From positions 101,060,001-101,124,000 of the forward strand of contig NC_058377.1 in NCBI RefSeq assembly GCF_018350175.1: a DNA stretch of 64,000 bases, given 5' to 3'. Below are positions 26,466 through 38,716 of the stretch, one piece after another. This stretch comes from Felis catus (Eukaryota). Numbering within the stretch: the first letter of the stretch is position 1; every line of letters starts with the position of its first letter. The notes beneath the pieces are model-generated. The model was not told the origin of the DNA and made no database searches. It saw only the letters and a list, made by a program, of their open reading frames with translations. Made by a program: the position numbers and the translations under genes.

Positions 26466-26690
26466 GGATGCCTGGGTTGCTCAATCCATTGAGCGTCCAA
26501 CGTCAGCTCAGATCATGATCTCAAGGTTCGTGAGTTCGAGCCTTGCATTGGGCTCACTCCTGTCAGTGTGGAGACCACCTCAGATCCTCTGTCTCCCTGC
26601 CCCCCCCCCCACCCCGCTCTCTCTCTCTTCCCCTCATCCACTCATGCTCTCTCTCTCTCAAAAATAAATAAACACTAAAAAATTAAAATA
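26466..26690 (+). mobile_element. Can-SINE
   Basis: Head, (CT)n, A tail. Confidence 0.88.
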
Positions 26691-26698
26691 TACATTGA

Positions 26699-26912
26699 GG
26701 GATGTCTCGGTGGCTTAGTCGGTTAAGCATCTGACTTCAGTTCAAAGTCGTGATCTCAGGGTTCCTAGGTCCCAGGCCCACATTCGGCTTTGCCCTGAGA
26801 GTGCAGAACCTACTTGAGATTCTCTCTGCCCCTCCCCCACCGTGCTTTTTCTCTCTCTCTCTCTGAAAACAAATAATAAACTTAAAAGAAATAAAAAAAT
26901 AAAAAAATAAAA
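26699..26912 (+). mobile_element. Can-SINE
   Basis: Head, (CT)n, A tail. Confidence 0.85.
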
Positions 26913-27647
26913 TATATGCCCAAAGGGACTGAAGATAAATTTGATGAGGCTGTTTTACAAGAACATGTGTGTGATTAATAATATTTCTTTCTGGCCAACA
27001 GGAATGTAAGCTCTTTTAGAGCAGAGTTTACTTATTCATATCTGTGCTCTCCACATTTAGGAAACGTATCATATGCACAACATGTAAGTAAATACTTTCT
27101 TTGCTTTCTGTGTCCTGTACAGTGATGGATGCATAGAGGGGGTAGATTCTGCTTGTCTCCTGTTTGTGTCTTTCTTTGGTAGAAGTCAGATGGTCACGTG
27201 CATATTGATATTCAACAACATTAGTAGAAAGTTCCATTTCTAGAATTCTTTCAAAAAACATGGCTTATTTATAAATTAAAACTGGCATAATGACTAGCAG
27301 ATAGACTTCTTTTCAAAGGGCTTTTTTTCCTTCAACAGTTAGGATGTATAAATAAATACACTCTGAATTATACTTGGTATAAATAATTTTAAATAATTGG
27401 CGTAAGTTGGAGGGGCTTCTCATAGGTCACACATCACAAACAAAGTAAATGAAGAATCCCAGTTTTCAGTCTTGGGAGAGGCTGAAGGGATCTGTGTGTG
27501 CCCATATATGTATTTGCTTTGCAATTTTTAATTTTCTTCTCTGATCTATATTACTGGGCTCTGACTCTTGCAACCTTCATTTTTGAAAGCAATATCTTAT
27601 GTTATAAACTATGGTAAGTGACACCTTATGAGACATACTATGCTTTA

Positions 27648-27730
27648 TTTTTTATTTTTTTTAATATGAATTTTGTTGTCAAATCGGGTTCCATACAACA
27701 CCCGGTGCTCATCCCAACAGGTGCCCCCCT
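27648..27730 (-). mobile_element. 83-bp L1 3' tip
   Basis: L1 3'UTR end plus T-tail; perfect TSD tactatgcttta at 27636-27647 and 27731-27742. Confidence 0.85.
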
Positions 27731-28904
27731 TACTATGCTTTAATTTATGGGCCTTTTGAGGCTACTGTTTCTCTAGCTCATCATTCATTCTCTTTCATTA
27801 AGCCTATGTGAGTTTTTTCTTCCTTCAGAGCACAGCGTCTAACTCAGATTGATTGCTCTGAAGGTTTTTCACCAGCAGCTTTGAAAACTATTCAACTGAT
27901 TATATTTCCTTTTTCCTCCCCTCTTTCCACCAAGGATTTTCATTCATGCATTCTAAGTACACTGTTCAATTTTTTTGTAATTGTGTGGCTTTTGCACGTG
28001 ACTTATATTTACCCTGGATTTAATTGTATGTATTATTTTTATTTTCTTGCATTGCAAGTATATTCTGCTGTAAATAATTTCAAGATTTAACATTTATTTA
28101 GCATTAATAAAACTATGTATTTAATTGCTCTTTTGTGTTAATATTTTTTGCTGTTCTTGGTCTAGGAGCAAAAACATAACACACTTTTCTTGCCCAGCAT
28201 AAGAAGTAGTAGTGTATTTTATTTGCCCACACTTATGCCCAAATGTCCATCTTTGTTTTTCAATATGTTCTTCATATTTGTTGCTGGTATACTTTCCCTT
28301 ATACTAGTCTATCTTCTAGCTACTCTTTCTGTACCTTCTCTTTGGACCCTGTAATACAAATCTTTCCATAATAGGTCATGCATGCCTTTGTCGTTTCTTC
28401 AGTCCTTTTTTTCTGCCAGGCTCTCCCAAAACTTTTGCCCTTGACCAATCCAGATAATCCACTCCCTCATATCTGGGACCATGTCCCAGAACTTATCAGG
28501 GCATATTTAATTTGCCAGATATCTTCTTTTAAAAAATATGCTAAAAAACTATTCAATTTAAAATATATGATGCACTGGGCTTCAATATGAAAATGCAGAG
28601 TGTTTTTGTTTTTCCCATCTGTTAAACTTACGGTGCCCTTATAATATTCCTGTTGACCATTTGTGTTCCTTGAGCTTGCCTTCTGTGTCACAACCTTTAA
28701 CATACCTTTATATCAAGATAAAAAATCATAAGCTTATTCTTCTTGTTTTATTTTAAGAAGTATTGCAGGAACTCCTGAAGAAACAATTTACTCAATGAAA
28801 ATAAAACATGTAGAATGAAATTGACTTATTGATATCGGGTAGTGTTAGACTCACACTTGTGCTCATACACAAAGATCAGAGGCTTATTCAGAAATAAATT
28901 TCAG

Positions 28905-29105
28905 AGGCACCTGCATGGTTCAGTTGGTTAAGCATCTGACTCTTGATTTCGGCACAGGCCATGATCTCAGGATTGTGAGATTGAGCCCAGTGTTGGGCTC
29001 TGCACTGAATGTGGAGCTTGCTTAAGATTCTCTCTCTTCCCCTCCCTATGCCCCTCTCCCTTGCTCAAGCTCTCTCTCTCTCTCTAAAATAATTTTTAAA
29101 AAAAA
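28905..29105 (+). mobile_element. Can-SINE
   Basis: TSD agaaataaatttcaga. Confidence 0.9.
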
Positions 29106-29485
29106 TTAGAAATAAATTTCAGAATATTGTTTGATAATGGGAGAAATAAGTGTAGAATAATTTAGGACTTTGCACTGGATAACTGTCTTTCAAAGTATGG
29201 GGCAGAGAATGGGTAGATCAAACTATCTAAAAATAACTAAAAGGCAACACGTAAAAAAGAAAAAATCATTTCAGGAAAGGAAACTAAAAATATAGGTGTT
29301 GTGAGAAAATATAAGTTATTTTGCATTTATTCAGTGTAATACATTCCCTTAAAAGGACGAAAATTGTAAAAGTGAGTCAAAACGCAACTCTCTGGTGTTT
29401 ATAGCAGCTTTATCGACAATTGTCAAATTATGGAAAGAGCCCAAATGTTCATCAACTGAGGGATAGATAAAGAAGATGTGGTGTA

Positions 29486-29697
29486 GGGGCGCCTGGGTGG
29501 CGCACTTGGTTAAGCGTCCAACTTCAGCCAGGTCACGATCTCGCGGTCCGTGAGTTCGAGCCCCGCGTCGGGCTCTGGGCTGATGGCTCAGAGCCTGGAG
29601 CCTGTTTCCGATTCTGTGTCTCCCTCTCTCACTGCCCCTGCCCCGTTCATGCTCTGTCTCTCTCTGTCCCAAAAATAAATAAACGTTGAAAGAAAAA
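29486..29697 (+). mobile_element. Young SINEC_Fc-type SINE
   Basis: ggggcgcctgggtggcgc head; A tail runs into the gap. Confidence 0.95.
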
Positions 29698-29829
29698 NNN
29701 NNNNNNNNNNNNNNNNNNNNNNNNNNNNNNNNNNNNNNNNNNNNNNNNNNNNNNNNNNNNNNNNNNNNNNNNNNNNNNNNNNNNNNNNNNNNNNNNNNNN
29801 NNNNNNNNNNNNNNNNNNNNNNNNNNNNN
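29698..29829. other. Assembly gap (132 N)
   Basis: Run of n. Confidence 1.
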
Positions 29830-30021
29830 TTTTTAATGTTTTTATTTTTGAGAGAGACAGTGTGAGTGGGGATGAGAGACAGGGAGACACAGAATCTGAA
29901 GCAGGCTCCAGGCTCTGAGCTGTCAGCACAGAGCCCGATGCAGGGTTTAGACTCACAAACTGTGAGATCATGACCTGAGTCAAAGTTGGTCGCTTAACCC
30001 ACAGAGCCAATTAGGCGCCCC
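29830..30021 (-). mobile_element. Can-SINE
   Basis: T tail emerges from the gap; head ends ggcgcccc. Confidence 0.92.
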
Positions 30022-30509
30022 AAGAAAGAATGAAATCTTAACATTTGCAACAACGTGGATGGAGCTAGAGGGTATTAGACTAAGTGAAATAAGTTAGTCA
30101 GAGAAAGACAAATAGTATATGATTCCAATCATGTAGAATTTAAGAAATGAAACAAATGAACACAGGAATAAAAAATAAAGAGAAGGAGAGAGAGAGAGAG
30201 AGAGAGAGAGAGGCAAACCAAGAAACAGACTCTTAACTATAGATAACAAACTGATGGTTACTGGAGGGGAGGTGGGTGGGGGGTTGAGGAAATAGTTGTT
30301 GGGTATTAAGGGGGGCACTTGTTGTAATGAGAATTGGGAGTTGTATGTAAGTGATGAATTGCTAAATTCTACACAAGAAACCAATAGCACACTGTGTGTC
30401 AACTACCTGGAATTTAAATAAAAATTTAGAGGAAAAAAACCCAAAATACAAACTCCAGTATATCTTTACACAATTTTTGCCAAAATTAAGTGAGGTAAAA
30501 CATTAGGAA

Positions 30510-31009
30510 TGTAACCAAACCAAAGGAGAGTTTCTCCAACTCATGCACAGCAAGCCAATAAAAATGGACACCGAGGCTTTGCCTGGAGAAAGAGGCTATT
30601 TATTGGTGTAGCACCACCCAGAAGAACAGGGAGCTAATGCTCTAAAGTCTTGAGCTCGCTGATACCTTGAAAGTGAGGATGTTTAAGGGTAAAATTTGTG
30701 GCAGTGGTCCCTGGGAAGGTGGATGCATTGACTGGAGGCCCATGCGGTCATGCTAGCATGCTCTGAGACTTGGGATGTGAAAATATATCTTTACTCCTTA
30801 TGTTGGAGAGCTCATTAGGCATGTCTGATGATTATATCCCTAGGGTGATTCTGGTTAACTACTTGTCCTACATACAGGCTCCTTTGAATGATAAGCAGGC
30901 TTCTTTACCCGTTGAGCTCAGTGTCCCTTGACCGGCCCCATACCTGGAGCTGATAGAACCTCTGGTGTTCATCCTTCCATCTGAACTGACAAGATGGACG
31001 CTGGCTTCA
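30510..31009 (-). mobile_element. Solo ERV LTR, 500 bp
   Basis: TG...CA termini with perfect 4-bp TSD GGAA (30506-30509 and 31010-31013); antisense AATAAA (tttatt near 30599). Confidence 0.8.
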
Positions 31010-31169
31010 GGAAGAAGGAAATCATTGTATAGAACATTATTTCTACTATTCCATTGGCCTGCTCCTCACTTCCTCCAGATATTTTTGTGTGTCTCCACAT
31101 CTTTCAGTGTGACCCTATCACTAAAGGTTTCTCTGAGAATAAAGGTTATTTGAAGATAGTAAGTCCAAC

Positions 31170-31700
31170 TGTCTCCATGCTCTCTTCACTTTGCTCTTCC
31201 TCACTGCCTTTGTCACCATTGACATCCAGGTACTTCACTGTTATTTCTCTGGTCACCTCTGCTCCCACAATAGAATGATACTTACTACACAGTATTTGCT
31301 ATTCCTCCAACTGCATGGTCCATCAACTGATGTTCCCAATGGTCTGAAACACTTTTGTCCAAGTACCTACATGACTAACTCTTCCTTCCTTCAAATCTTT
31401 GCTCAAATGCCAACGTTTCATTGAAGTCTACCTTGACCACTCTATGTCTGGTTGCTTCCTCATGCCCCTACTCCGTCACTTAAGCTGTTTTACATTTTAT
31501 TTTTTTACGGCACTTCTCACCTCCTAACATGTTGTATCACTGATTTTCGTATTTTTGTTTGTTTCCCCCTGCTGAGAATTTACAATCTATAAATACTATA
31601 GTTGGTAAGCCAGACTTCCATATCAACATATAAGCCTTTCTTTCCTGGCATATATGAGTTGCTTATACTAATTGATTGCAATTAATCCATAAATATCAAT
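31170..31700 (+). mobile_element. L2 3' fragment
   Basis: cctacatgactaactcttccttccttcaaatctttgctcaaatgcc motif. Confidence 0.55.
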
Positions 31701-31772
31701 AAATTTACACATTTAACTTAAAAGAGGTCACATTTTCTGCATGCATGCAACACAATTTAAAATTAATATTTG

Positions 31773-32013
31773 AGGGTTACCTGGGTGGCTCAGTCAGTTG
31801 AGCATCCAACTTCGGCTCAGGTCATGATCTCACAGCTCGTGAGGTTGAGCCCTGCGTCAGGCTCTGTGCTGACCGCTCGGAGCCTGGAGCCTGCTTCAGA
31901 TTCTGTGCCTCCCTCTCTCTCTGCCCCAACCCACTCACATTCTGTCTCTGTCTCTCTCAAAAATATATAAACATTAAAAAATAAAATAAAATTAATATTA
32001 AAAAAAGAAAAAA
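31773..32013 (+). mobile_element. Can-SINE
   Basis: TSD taaaattaatatt. Confidence 0.9.
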
Positions 32014-32292
32014 ATGTGTCATTTAGCTTGCAAATTAAAAACACAGACTTTTTAAAATATTGAATTATTATTAGTCAAGTAAGAAATAAAAAAATATAAC
32101 TTTACCTTATCTAATAATAGGCCACAATGGGAATAATTAATATCACTACATATAAGTTAAAAGTGAAGTAACACTCAGATTAATAATGCAAATATTAATT
32201 TCCTGTATTATTAAACAGATAGCAAAATGTGAATAAAACAAGAAGTCATTACTAGGTGCAGAAGCAAAAACAAACAAAAAATTAATTGAACC

Positions 32293-33326
32293 TGAAGGGA
32301 AGTGGAATTTGCCACTCCCAAAATATGTCTCTTTGGAGTAAGCGTTTTTCTTGTGCTGGTGATTTTTAAGAAATAGTAGACACAACAGAAGCTCTGAAAA
32401 CCAAGTAGAACTCACTGTTTTGTAAAAGACATTTACATTTATAAGGAAAAAGTCCATTGATGTAAATGTCTCCCTCTTTGTACCAGGAAGAAGAGAACTA
32501 AATCTCTAGAAACTACCAAGAATGGAGAAGGCATGAATTTAAATCTGAATAAGGAGCATGCCCTTTTTTTTCTGTGATTTTCCTAGTAACTTCCTACAAC
32601 TGGCTTCCATCTTTTGTGTTTAACAGGAGATAGTGTTTAAGGTGGTGACTTGGGCCACTTGGGGAGTTAGTTTTCTTGGTCATCTTGTCACCTGAAACTA
32701 GGTTCACCTCTTGGTGGGTGTGGAGCCAAAAGATACAACCATGTCAAGGAGTAGAAAGGAAGGATTTTACTTGCAACAAGTAAAATAGAACACTGGGGAT
32801 ATTTCCCTAAACAGTCTCCTCAGACAACAAAATTGGGGAAGTTTTAAGCTAAGGGTGCATGCATATTCATGAAGGGGCTGACACAATGGGAGATTCAGCA
32901 TAGAATTGGGGCAAAAGTCACCTTAAGGTGATAGAGTCTGTCATAGTTGACCAAAGTTGAGTGGGCGGGCAAGAGTCAGTATCATCAATTCCCTGGCTCC
33001 AACTGGTCCAGTGTTTGAGGGCTCAAAGAAACTTAAATCCTGCAAAAATAACTCAAAAATATGTTTGGGGTAAGATGTGCTGGTCAGGCATAGATCACAA
33101 GATGGCCAAGACCTAAAATGATTTTTCTTATGTTAAGAAAGCGCTCTCTTTTTCTGGGGCCACCTAACTCTTTCTGGTTACAATCTCCCATGTATACAAT
33201 AAATATGCAAGTTATAACACTTCTGTTTGTTTTTCTTTTGTTAATATGTCTTTTATTATGAGAGGAGGGGGTGTCTCAGCCAAGAATCTAGAAAGGTAGA
33301 GGAAAAATTATTTTTCCTTGCCCGTA
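32293..33326 (+). mobile_element. MER34-like ERV1 solo LTR interrupted by a second LTR
   Basis: Starts tgaagggaag..gccactcccaaaatatgtctctttgg; ends ttttccttgcccgta; near-TSD AACC/AGCC. Confidence 0.72.
32686..33182. mobile_element. Nested solo LTR
   Basis: TGTCAC...GTTACA termini with perfect 4-bp TSD ATCT (32682-32685 and 33183-33186). Confidence 0.82.
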
Positions 33327-33539
33327 AGCCTTATAAAATAGGAGAAATAAAATGGTAAAACTTTGATATAAATTGATGTATTGAACACAAGAAAGAATAG
33401 AAATAACTTCTTCACCATCCCAGTCAAAAATTTAGAGCATCCCAAAAGAAAATCACCCCATCAGACTCTTCATTGTGTGACTTCTAAGGAAAAAGACAAC
33501 TATTTTCTCAAACCTATCATAGCTACATTTAGTCCTTGA

Positions 33540-33667
33540 ACTTTTGTCCTTGGAGACATGCCAAGCAATCTTCCTTAGAAATTGGTCCACAGGGATGACC
33601 AAATGTTGCATTATCTTCAGTCCCCAGTACATGAGGTGTCCTGGAATTATCAGGATGACAGGTAAGA
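33540..33667 (+). promoter_or_regulatory. Candidate promoter/exon 1 of the OR8H-like gene
   Basis: O/E-like TCCTTGGAGA (33547) and TCCACAGGGA (33586); donor CAG|GTAAGA at 33661/33662; acceptors at 34355 and 34805. Confidence 0.5.
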
Positions 33668-34389
33668 CATATTCTTCTCTGCTTATGTTCAGAATAGATT
33701 CCTGATATTCTTTTTAGAAATAATTTTCCTGTTTGACCAGGACCTGAACAAAATTTCCAGGTTGATTATTTTTTATTTCAGAATAAAATAAAATGAATGC
33801 ACTAAAATTTAAAGAGAACTTAAAGAAAACAAATATTATATTACAGAAATTTTCAGCTCAAATGTTTTTCATATTTGATTTGTGAGCAGAACTTGAGGTT
33901 GACAAACTTCTAGGCGGATCGTGTTGGAAGAAAGGTTTTTTTCCCCTCCAACTTTGGTTCACAGTAAGTATTATTCTCTCAAAATTAGAGGTCTTAATTT
34001 AGTTGGGATCAAATATAATGGAGACATTATCAGAACAGTATGCATGCACATGTCATTTAGACTTTCCCCAAATAATGTCAGGATTTGTGGAATCAGAAAT
34101 ATAGAGTTAGTGGAATCAGGGTCTATGAGTAATGCATATATTTTCAAACTTTTATTTTAAATGTTCAGATTAGGAAAACACACCTTTTGGAAACTAAAAC
34201 TAATATGGGGTCTACAATTTTAATACACTTAACTAAAGTCCTCTAAGTTTGAAATTTGTCATTTGTATTAAATAATATTGAAAAAAAAGGACACTGAATG
34301 ATGCGTTAAAATTGTTTTTATACCATCATTTATGATTTATCTAACTTTTTTTCAGGTTTGCTGAAATTAATTATAAACAAGAATATAGT

Positions 34390-34600
34390 AGTATGAGCAT
34401 GCTCTCTGGAGTCAATCTAACTTGTAGAATCACAGAGCAACATTTAATAGTTCTGACTCTGAATAAGTTTCTTGAACTTTTTCTCATATAAAAAATGTGG
34501 CTAAGAGTAGTCGCACCTGGGGTACAATATGTCACATGGACTAAATACATTAAGAAGCATTTAGAACAGACTGGGCTCATTTTAATTATTCAACATGTTA
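34390..34600. mobile_element. MIR
   Basis: gagcatgctctctggagtca..tttctcatataaaaaatg..aagcatttagaacag. Confidence 0.5.
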
Positions 34601-34824
34601 GCTTTCATTATCTTGTATTCAAAGGTGAATTTATTTCCATTTTTTTTGGCAATCAAATTAAGATTTTTTTCAGTCATATTTTATAAATCACTCATTATCA
34701 TCAATTTCTAGAAACACCCCACTAATGTAAATACACCATGTCATTCACATAAACACACTTTTTGAAGTCATTCCTGTTAAGGGTCAACTTTGATTTTTTT
34801 CACAGTTCAAAGCAGTTGAAAGCT

Positions 34825-35772
34825 ATGGGTAGAAAGAATAACACACATGTGCCTGACTTCATCCTTATGGGGCTGACAGATTCTGAAGAGGTCCAGCTGG
34901 TCCTTTTCATGCTGTTTCTCCTGATATACCTGGTTACTGTGCTGGGAAATGCAGGGATGATATTGATCATCCGCCTGGATCTCCAGCTTCACACCCCCAT
35001 GTATTTTTTCCTCCGTCACCTGTCATTTCTTGACCTCAGTTACTCAACTGTCATCACACCTAAAACCTTACAGAACTTACTGACTTCCACCAAGTATATT
35101 TCATACACGAGCTGCTTCACCCAGATGTCCTTTTTTGTCTTCTTGGGCGCCACTGAATGTTTCCTTCTCTCCTCAATGGCCTATGATCGCTATGTCGCTA
35201 TCTGCGATCCTCTGCACTACCCAGTGGTTATGTCCTCAAGGTTCTGCTCTCACCTCATCTTTGGGTCCTATATGATTGGCTTTGTGGACTCCTTTGTCAA
35301 TGGGCTTTGCATGAGCAGGTTGCATTTCTGCGACTCCAATGTAATCCATCACTTTTTCTGTGACACAACCCCAGTTTTAGCCTTGTCTTGCACTGACACA
35401 CATGACATTGAAATCATGATATTTATTGTCGCTGGCTCCACTCTAATGGTGTCTCTTATCACAATATCTGTGTCCTATGTGTCCATTCTGTCTACTATCC
35501 TGAAAATTACTTCCACTTCAGGAAAGAAAAAAGCCTTCTCTACTTGTGCCTCTCATCTCCTGGGAGTCGCCATCTTTTATGGCACTATGATTTTTACTTA
35601 TTTAAAGCCAAGTAAGTCTTATTCCTTGGGAAAGGATCAAGTGGCTTCTGTTTTTTATACTATTGTGATCCCCATGCTGAATCCACTCATTTATAGTCTC
35701 AGGAACAAAGAAGTGAAAAACGCTCTCCTTAGAGTCATGCGGAAGGGCGAGGGCTCTGGGCAGTTGAAATAG
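34825..35772 (+). CDS. Olfactory receptor OR8H subfamily (OR8H1/2/3-like), intact, 315 aa
   Basis: [34 protein letters not shown] and [15 protein letters not shown] are typical of OR8H; acceptor TTTTTTTCACAG ends at 34805. Confidence 0.92.
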   Translation: MGRKNNTHVPDFILMGLTDSEEVQLVLFMLFLLIYLVTVLGNAGMILIIRLDLQLHTPMYFFLRHLSFLDLSYSTVITPKTLQNLLTSTKYISYTSCFTQMSFFVFLGATECFLLSSMAYDRYVAICDPLHYPVVMSSRFCSHLIFGSYMIGFVDSFVNGLCMSRLHFCDSNVIHHFFCDTTPVLALSCTDTHDIEIMIFIVAGSTLMVSLITISVSYVSILSTILKITSTSGKKKAFSTCASHLLGVAIFYGTMIFTYLKPSKSYSLGKDQVASVFYTIVIPMLNPLIYSLRNKEVKNALLRVMRKGEGSGQLK

Positions 35773-36011
35773 GTGATGCTCAACTTTTCAGTTCATTGCT
35801 CTTCTTCTTCCATATAGTGTATTTCTTTTGTCTCTCTCCAAAAACTCCTTTAATTTGTTTGTATTTCCATTGAACCATTCTTTACTTGACCAAATATGAT
35901 CTCGGACATTTCCAGGAAGATGTCTTTAGAAATTCCATGTTGTAATTGAAAACCATGAAATATGTTTTAAATCTATGGTCTAACCGCGTGTTTTTTTTTC
36001 AGTGTTGAATG

Positions 36012-36526
36012 TTTTTATTTATTTTTATTTATTGTCAGTTAACAAACATACAGTGTAGTCTTGGCTTCAGGAGTAGATTCCCAGGATTCATCACTTATAT
36101 ACAACACCTAGTGCTTATCAGAACAAGTGCCCTTCTCAATGCCCATCATCCATTTTTCCCACCCCCCACTGCCATCAATACTCAGTTTATTCTCTGTATT
36201 TAAAAGTCTCTTAAGGTTTGTCTCTCTCTCTGTTTGTATCTTATTTTTCCTTCCCTTTCCCTGTGGTCTTCTGTTAAGTTTCTCAAGTTCCACATATGAA
36301 TCATATCTTATGATATCTGTCTTTCTCTGATTGACTTATTTCACTTGGCATAATAACTTCCAGTTCCATCCACGTTGTTGCAAATGGCAAGATTTTATTC
36401 TTTTTCATCACCAAGTAGCATTCCATTGTGTATATATACCACATCTTCTTTACCCATTCATCAGTTGATGGACATGTGGACTTTTTCCATAATTTGGCTA
36501 TTGTTGATAGTGCTTCTATAAACATT
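36012..36526 (-). mobile_element. Carnivore L1 3' end
   Basis: Minus-strand ORF IAKLWKKSTCPSTDEWVKKMW...; 3'UTR and T-tail. Confidence 0.9.
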
Positions 36527-36719
36527 ATGGTAAATGCATGTGTTTTAAGGGCAACTGATGTGCAAAATGAGACAATATAGTTGTCATCTTTTAAACTCTA
36601 TCAAACAAATTCCCATGAATAGAGTTCTTCAGAGATCTTTATTATGGAAAAGAACTCCATTTTTGGCACGATACCAGTTTCAGAAATCATTTTGTTTGTT
36701 ATATAGAGAAAAAATTGGC

Positions 36720-36950
36720 AGAGTGATTATGAGAACTTGCTGTGAAACCAAACATTCAAGTATTTGGATTCTACACTACCCTTTTAGCTGTATAACCCTC
36801 AATGGATCACTGAAAATCTAAGCCTCAGTTTTCTCAACTGTACAAGATAAATAATAATACCAGGGCTATCTAGTTAATTATAAAGATTAGATCAGATAAT
36901 AGATGTGAAGCATTCAAGGCAGTCCTAATAAATGTGGGCCATTATCATTA
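36720..36950. mobile_element. MIR
   Basis: ctaagcctcagttttctcaactgtacaag core. Confidence 0.6.
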
Positions 36951-37106
36951 GAAGGCTTACATTCCTGCAATATTGTCAATGCACAATGGCTTTTTCTTAA
37001 AGAATTTTCACTCGTGTTTTATAAATTACTTTTTGCCAACTTAACTGACAAACAACTAAGGAAAAGCTCAGCATTTCACAGTTTTGGATTTAAAATGGTT
37101 TATGTT

Positions 37107-37335
37107 GGGGCGCCTGGGTGGCTCAGTCGGTTGGGCGTCCGACTTCGGCTCAGGTCATGATCTCACAGCTCGTGAGTTCGAGCCCCGCATCGGGCTCTGT
37201 GCTGATGGCTCAGAGCCTGGAGCCTGCTTCTGCTTCTGCGTCTCCCTCTCTCTCTCTGCCCCTAACCCACTCGCATTCTGTCTCTGTCTCTGTCTCTGTC
37301 AAAAATAAATAAACATTAAAAAAAATAAAAAAATA
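37107..37335 (+). mobile_element. Can-SINE
   Basis: TSD taaaatggtttatgtt. Confidence 0.93.
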
Positions 37336-37875
37336 AAATGGTTTATGTTAACATTGGAGAATGCTTGGAAACCACGGAAAAGAGGAAGGAAATAGAAATG
37401 CCTTAACAGTCTTTAACAGTTTTGCGTGTGTTCTTCTGGATCTATAGTTATGTACGCATGTGCGTATATTACATACATAAGCAAAATTTCTGTCATTTTC
37501 CATGTGTTTTTCTACACTTTCTGTACACACTTGAAAGTTTAACTTTTGATAATTCCTTTATCGTTGAAATCTGAGATGAACATGTTCTGAATATTTGGGA
37601 AAAAATTAAGAGTCTCATGTTGCAGTGCTTTGGATCTGAAATGTAAATGTACCAACTTAAAAATCTGTATGCAGTGACATCTCTTTGGTGGCTACCTGCT
37701 AAACATTTAAAAACCTTACCTTTCTGTGACATTTAATAAGCTTCAGTAGACAGCTGCTTTGTTGAAGCTTTGTGTGTTTTCTCAAAACTCATTGCTTTTC
37801 TCCTCATTTTTATAGATTTGCTATGGTCACTAAAAATAAATGTTGAATTAAGTGTTCGACTCATTTGTTTTAATA

Positions 37876-38110
37876 TTTTTTTTCAACTTTTTTTTTGTTT
37901 TTTTTGTTCTTTTTGTTTTTTATTTTTGGGACAGAGAGAGACAGAGCATGAACGGGGGAGGGACAGAGAGAGGGAGACACAGAATCGGAAACAGGCTCCA
38001 GGCTCCGAGCCGTCAGCCCAGAGCCTGACGCGGGGCTCGAACTCACAGACCGCGAGATCGTGACCTGGCTGAAGTCGGACGCTTAACCGACTGCGCCACC
38101 CAGGCGCCCC
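37876..38110 (-). mobile_element. Young SINEC_Fc-type SINE
   Basis: CpG-rich; TSD tgttttaat. Confidence 0.95.
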
Positions 38111-38517
38111 TGTTTTAATTTTTTAACAGAGACAAGCTGTAAAGCCAAGAAATGACAAAGAGTTCAGAATTTGTGGCAGCCCGTAAACTGTAGTCATACT
38201 GCTGAAATTTCCTTTATTTTTACATTTTCTCTCTCCATAATCTGAATTACAATTTTAGTTTTCTCTGCTATGTAAATGTTAAGAATGTATTTTTCCACTT
38301 TCCAAGTATCTGTTTCTTTTGTTTAAACTTTTGTAACTAGATAGTTTTCATTCAAGCAATAATTTTATAACATTTTCACTTTTTGAAATGTATCACATTT
38401 TTTGTATAACTATAGTTCATTATTTTTCCTACATGCTTTTTTAAGTGTTCAAAATAAAGTGCAAAAGTGTAAACTTTCTTTTAGAAGTTAAAAGTTTAAA
38501 AATTTTTCACTAATTCA

Positions 38518-38716
38518 GAGCGCCCGGTGGCTCAGTCGGTTGAACGTCTGACTTCAGCTCAGGTCATGATCTTACGGCTTGTGAGTTCCAGTCCCGTGTC
38601 CCTCTCGTTAACAACCGGAACCTGCTTCGGATTCTGTGTCTCCCTCTCTCTCTGCCCCTCCCCTGCTCGTGCTCCATCTCTCTCTCAAAAATAAACATTA
38701 AAAAATTTTTAAAAAA
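38518..38716 (+). mobile_element. Can-SINE
   Basis: TSD tttttcactaattca. Confidence 0.88.

Larger units (their letters stand above)
29393..30440 (+). mobile_element. Carnivore L1 3' end interrupted by two SINEs and the gap
   Basis: tttatagcagc..tggaaagagcccaaatg before the SINEs; aagaatgaaatcttaacatttgcaacaacgtggatgg after them, then 3'UTR. Confidence 0.88.
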
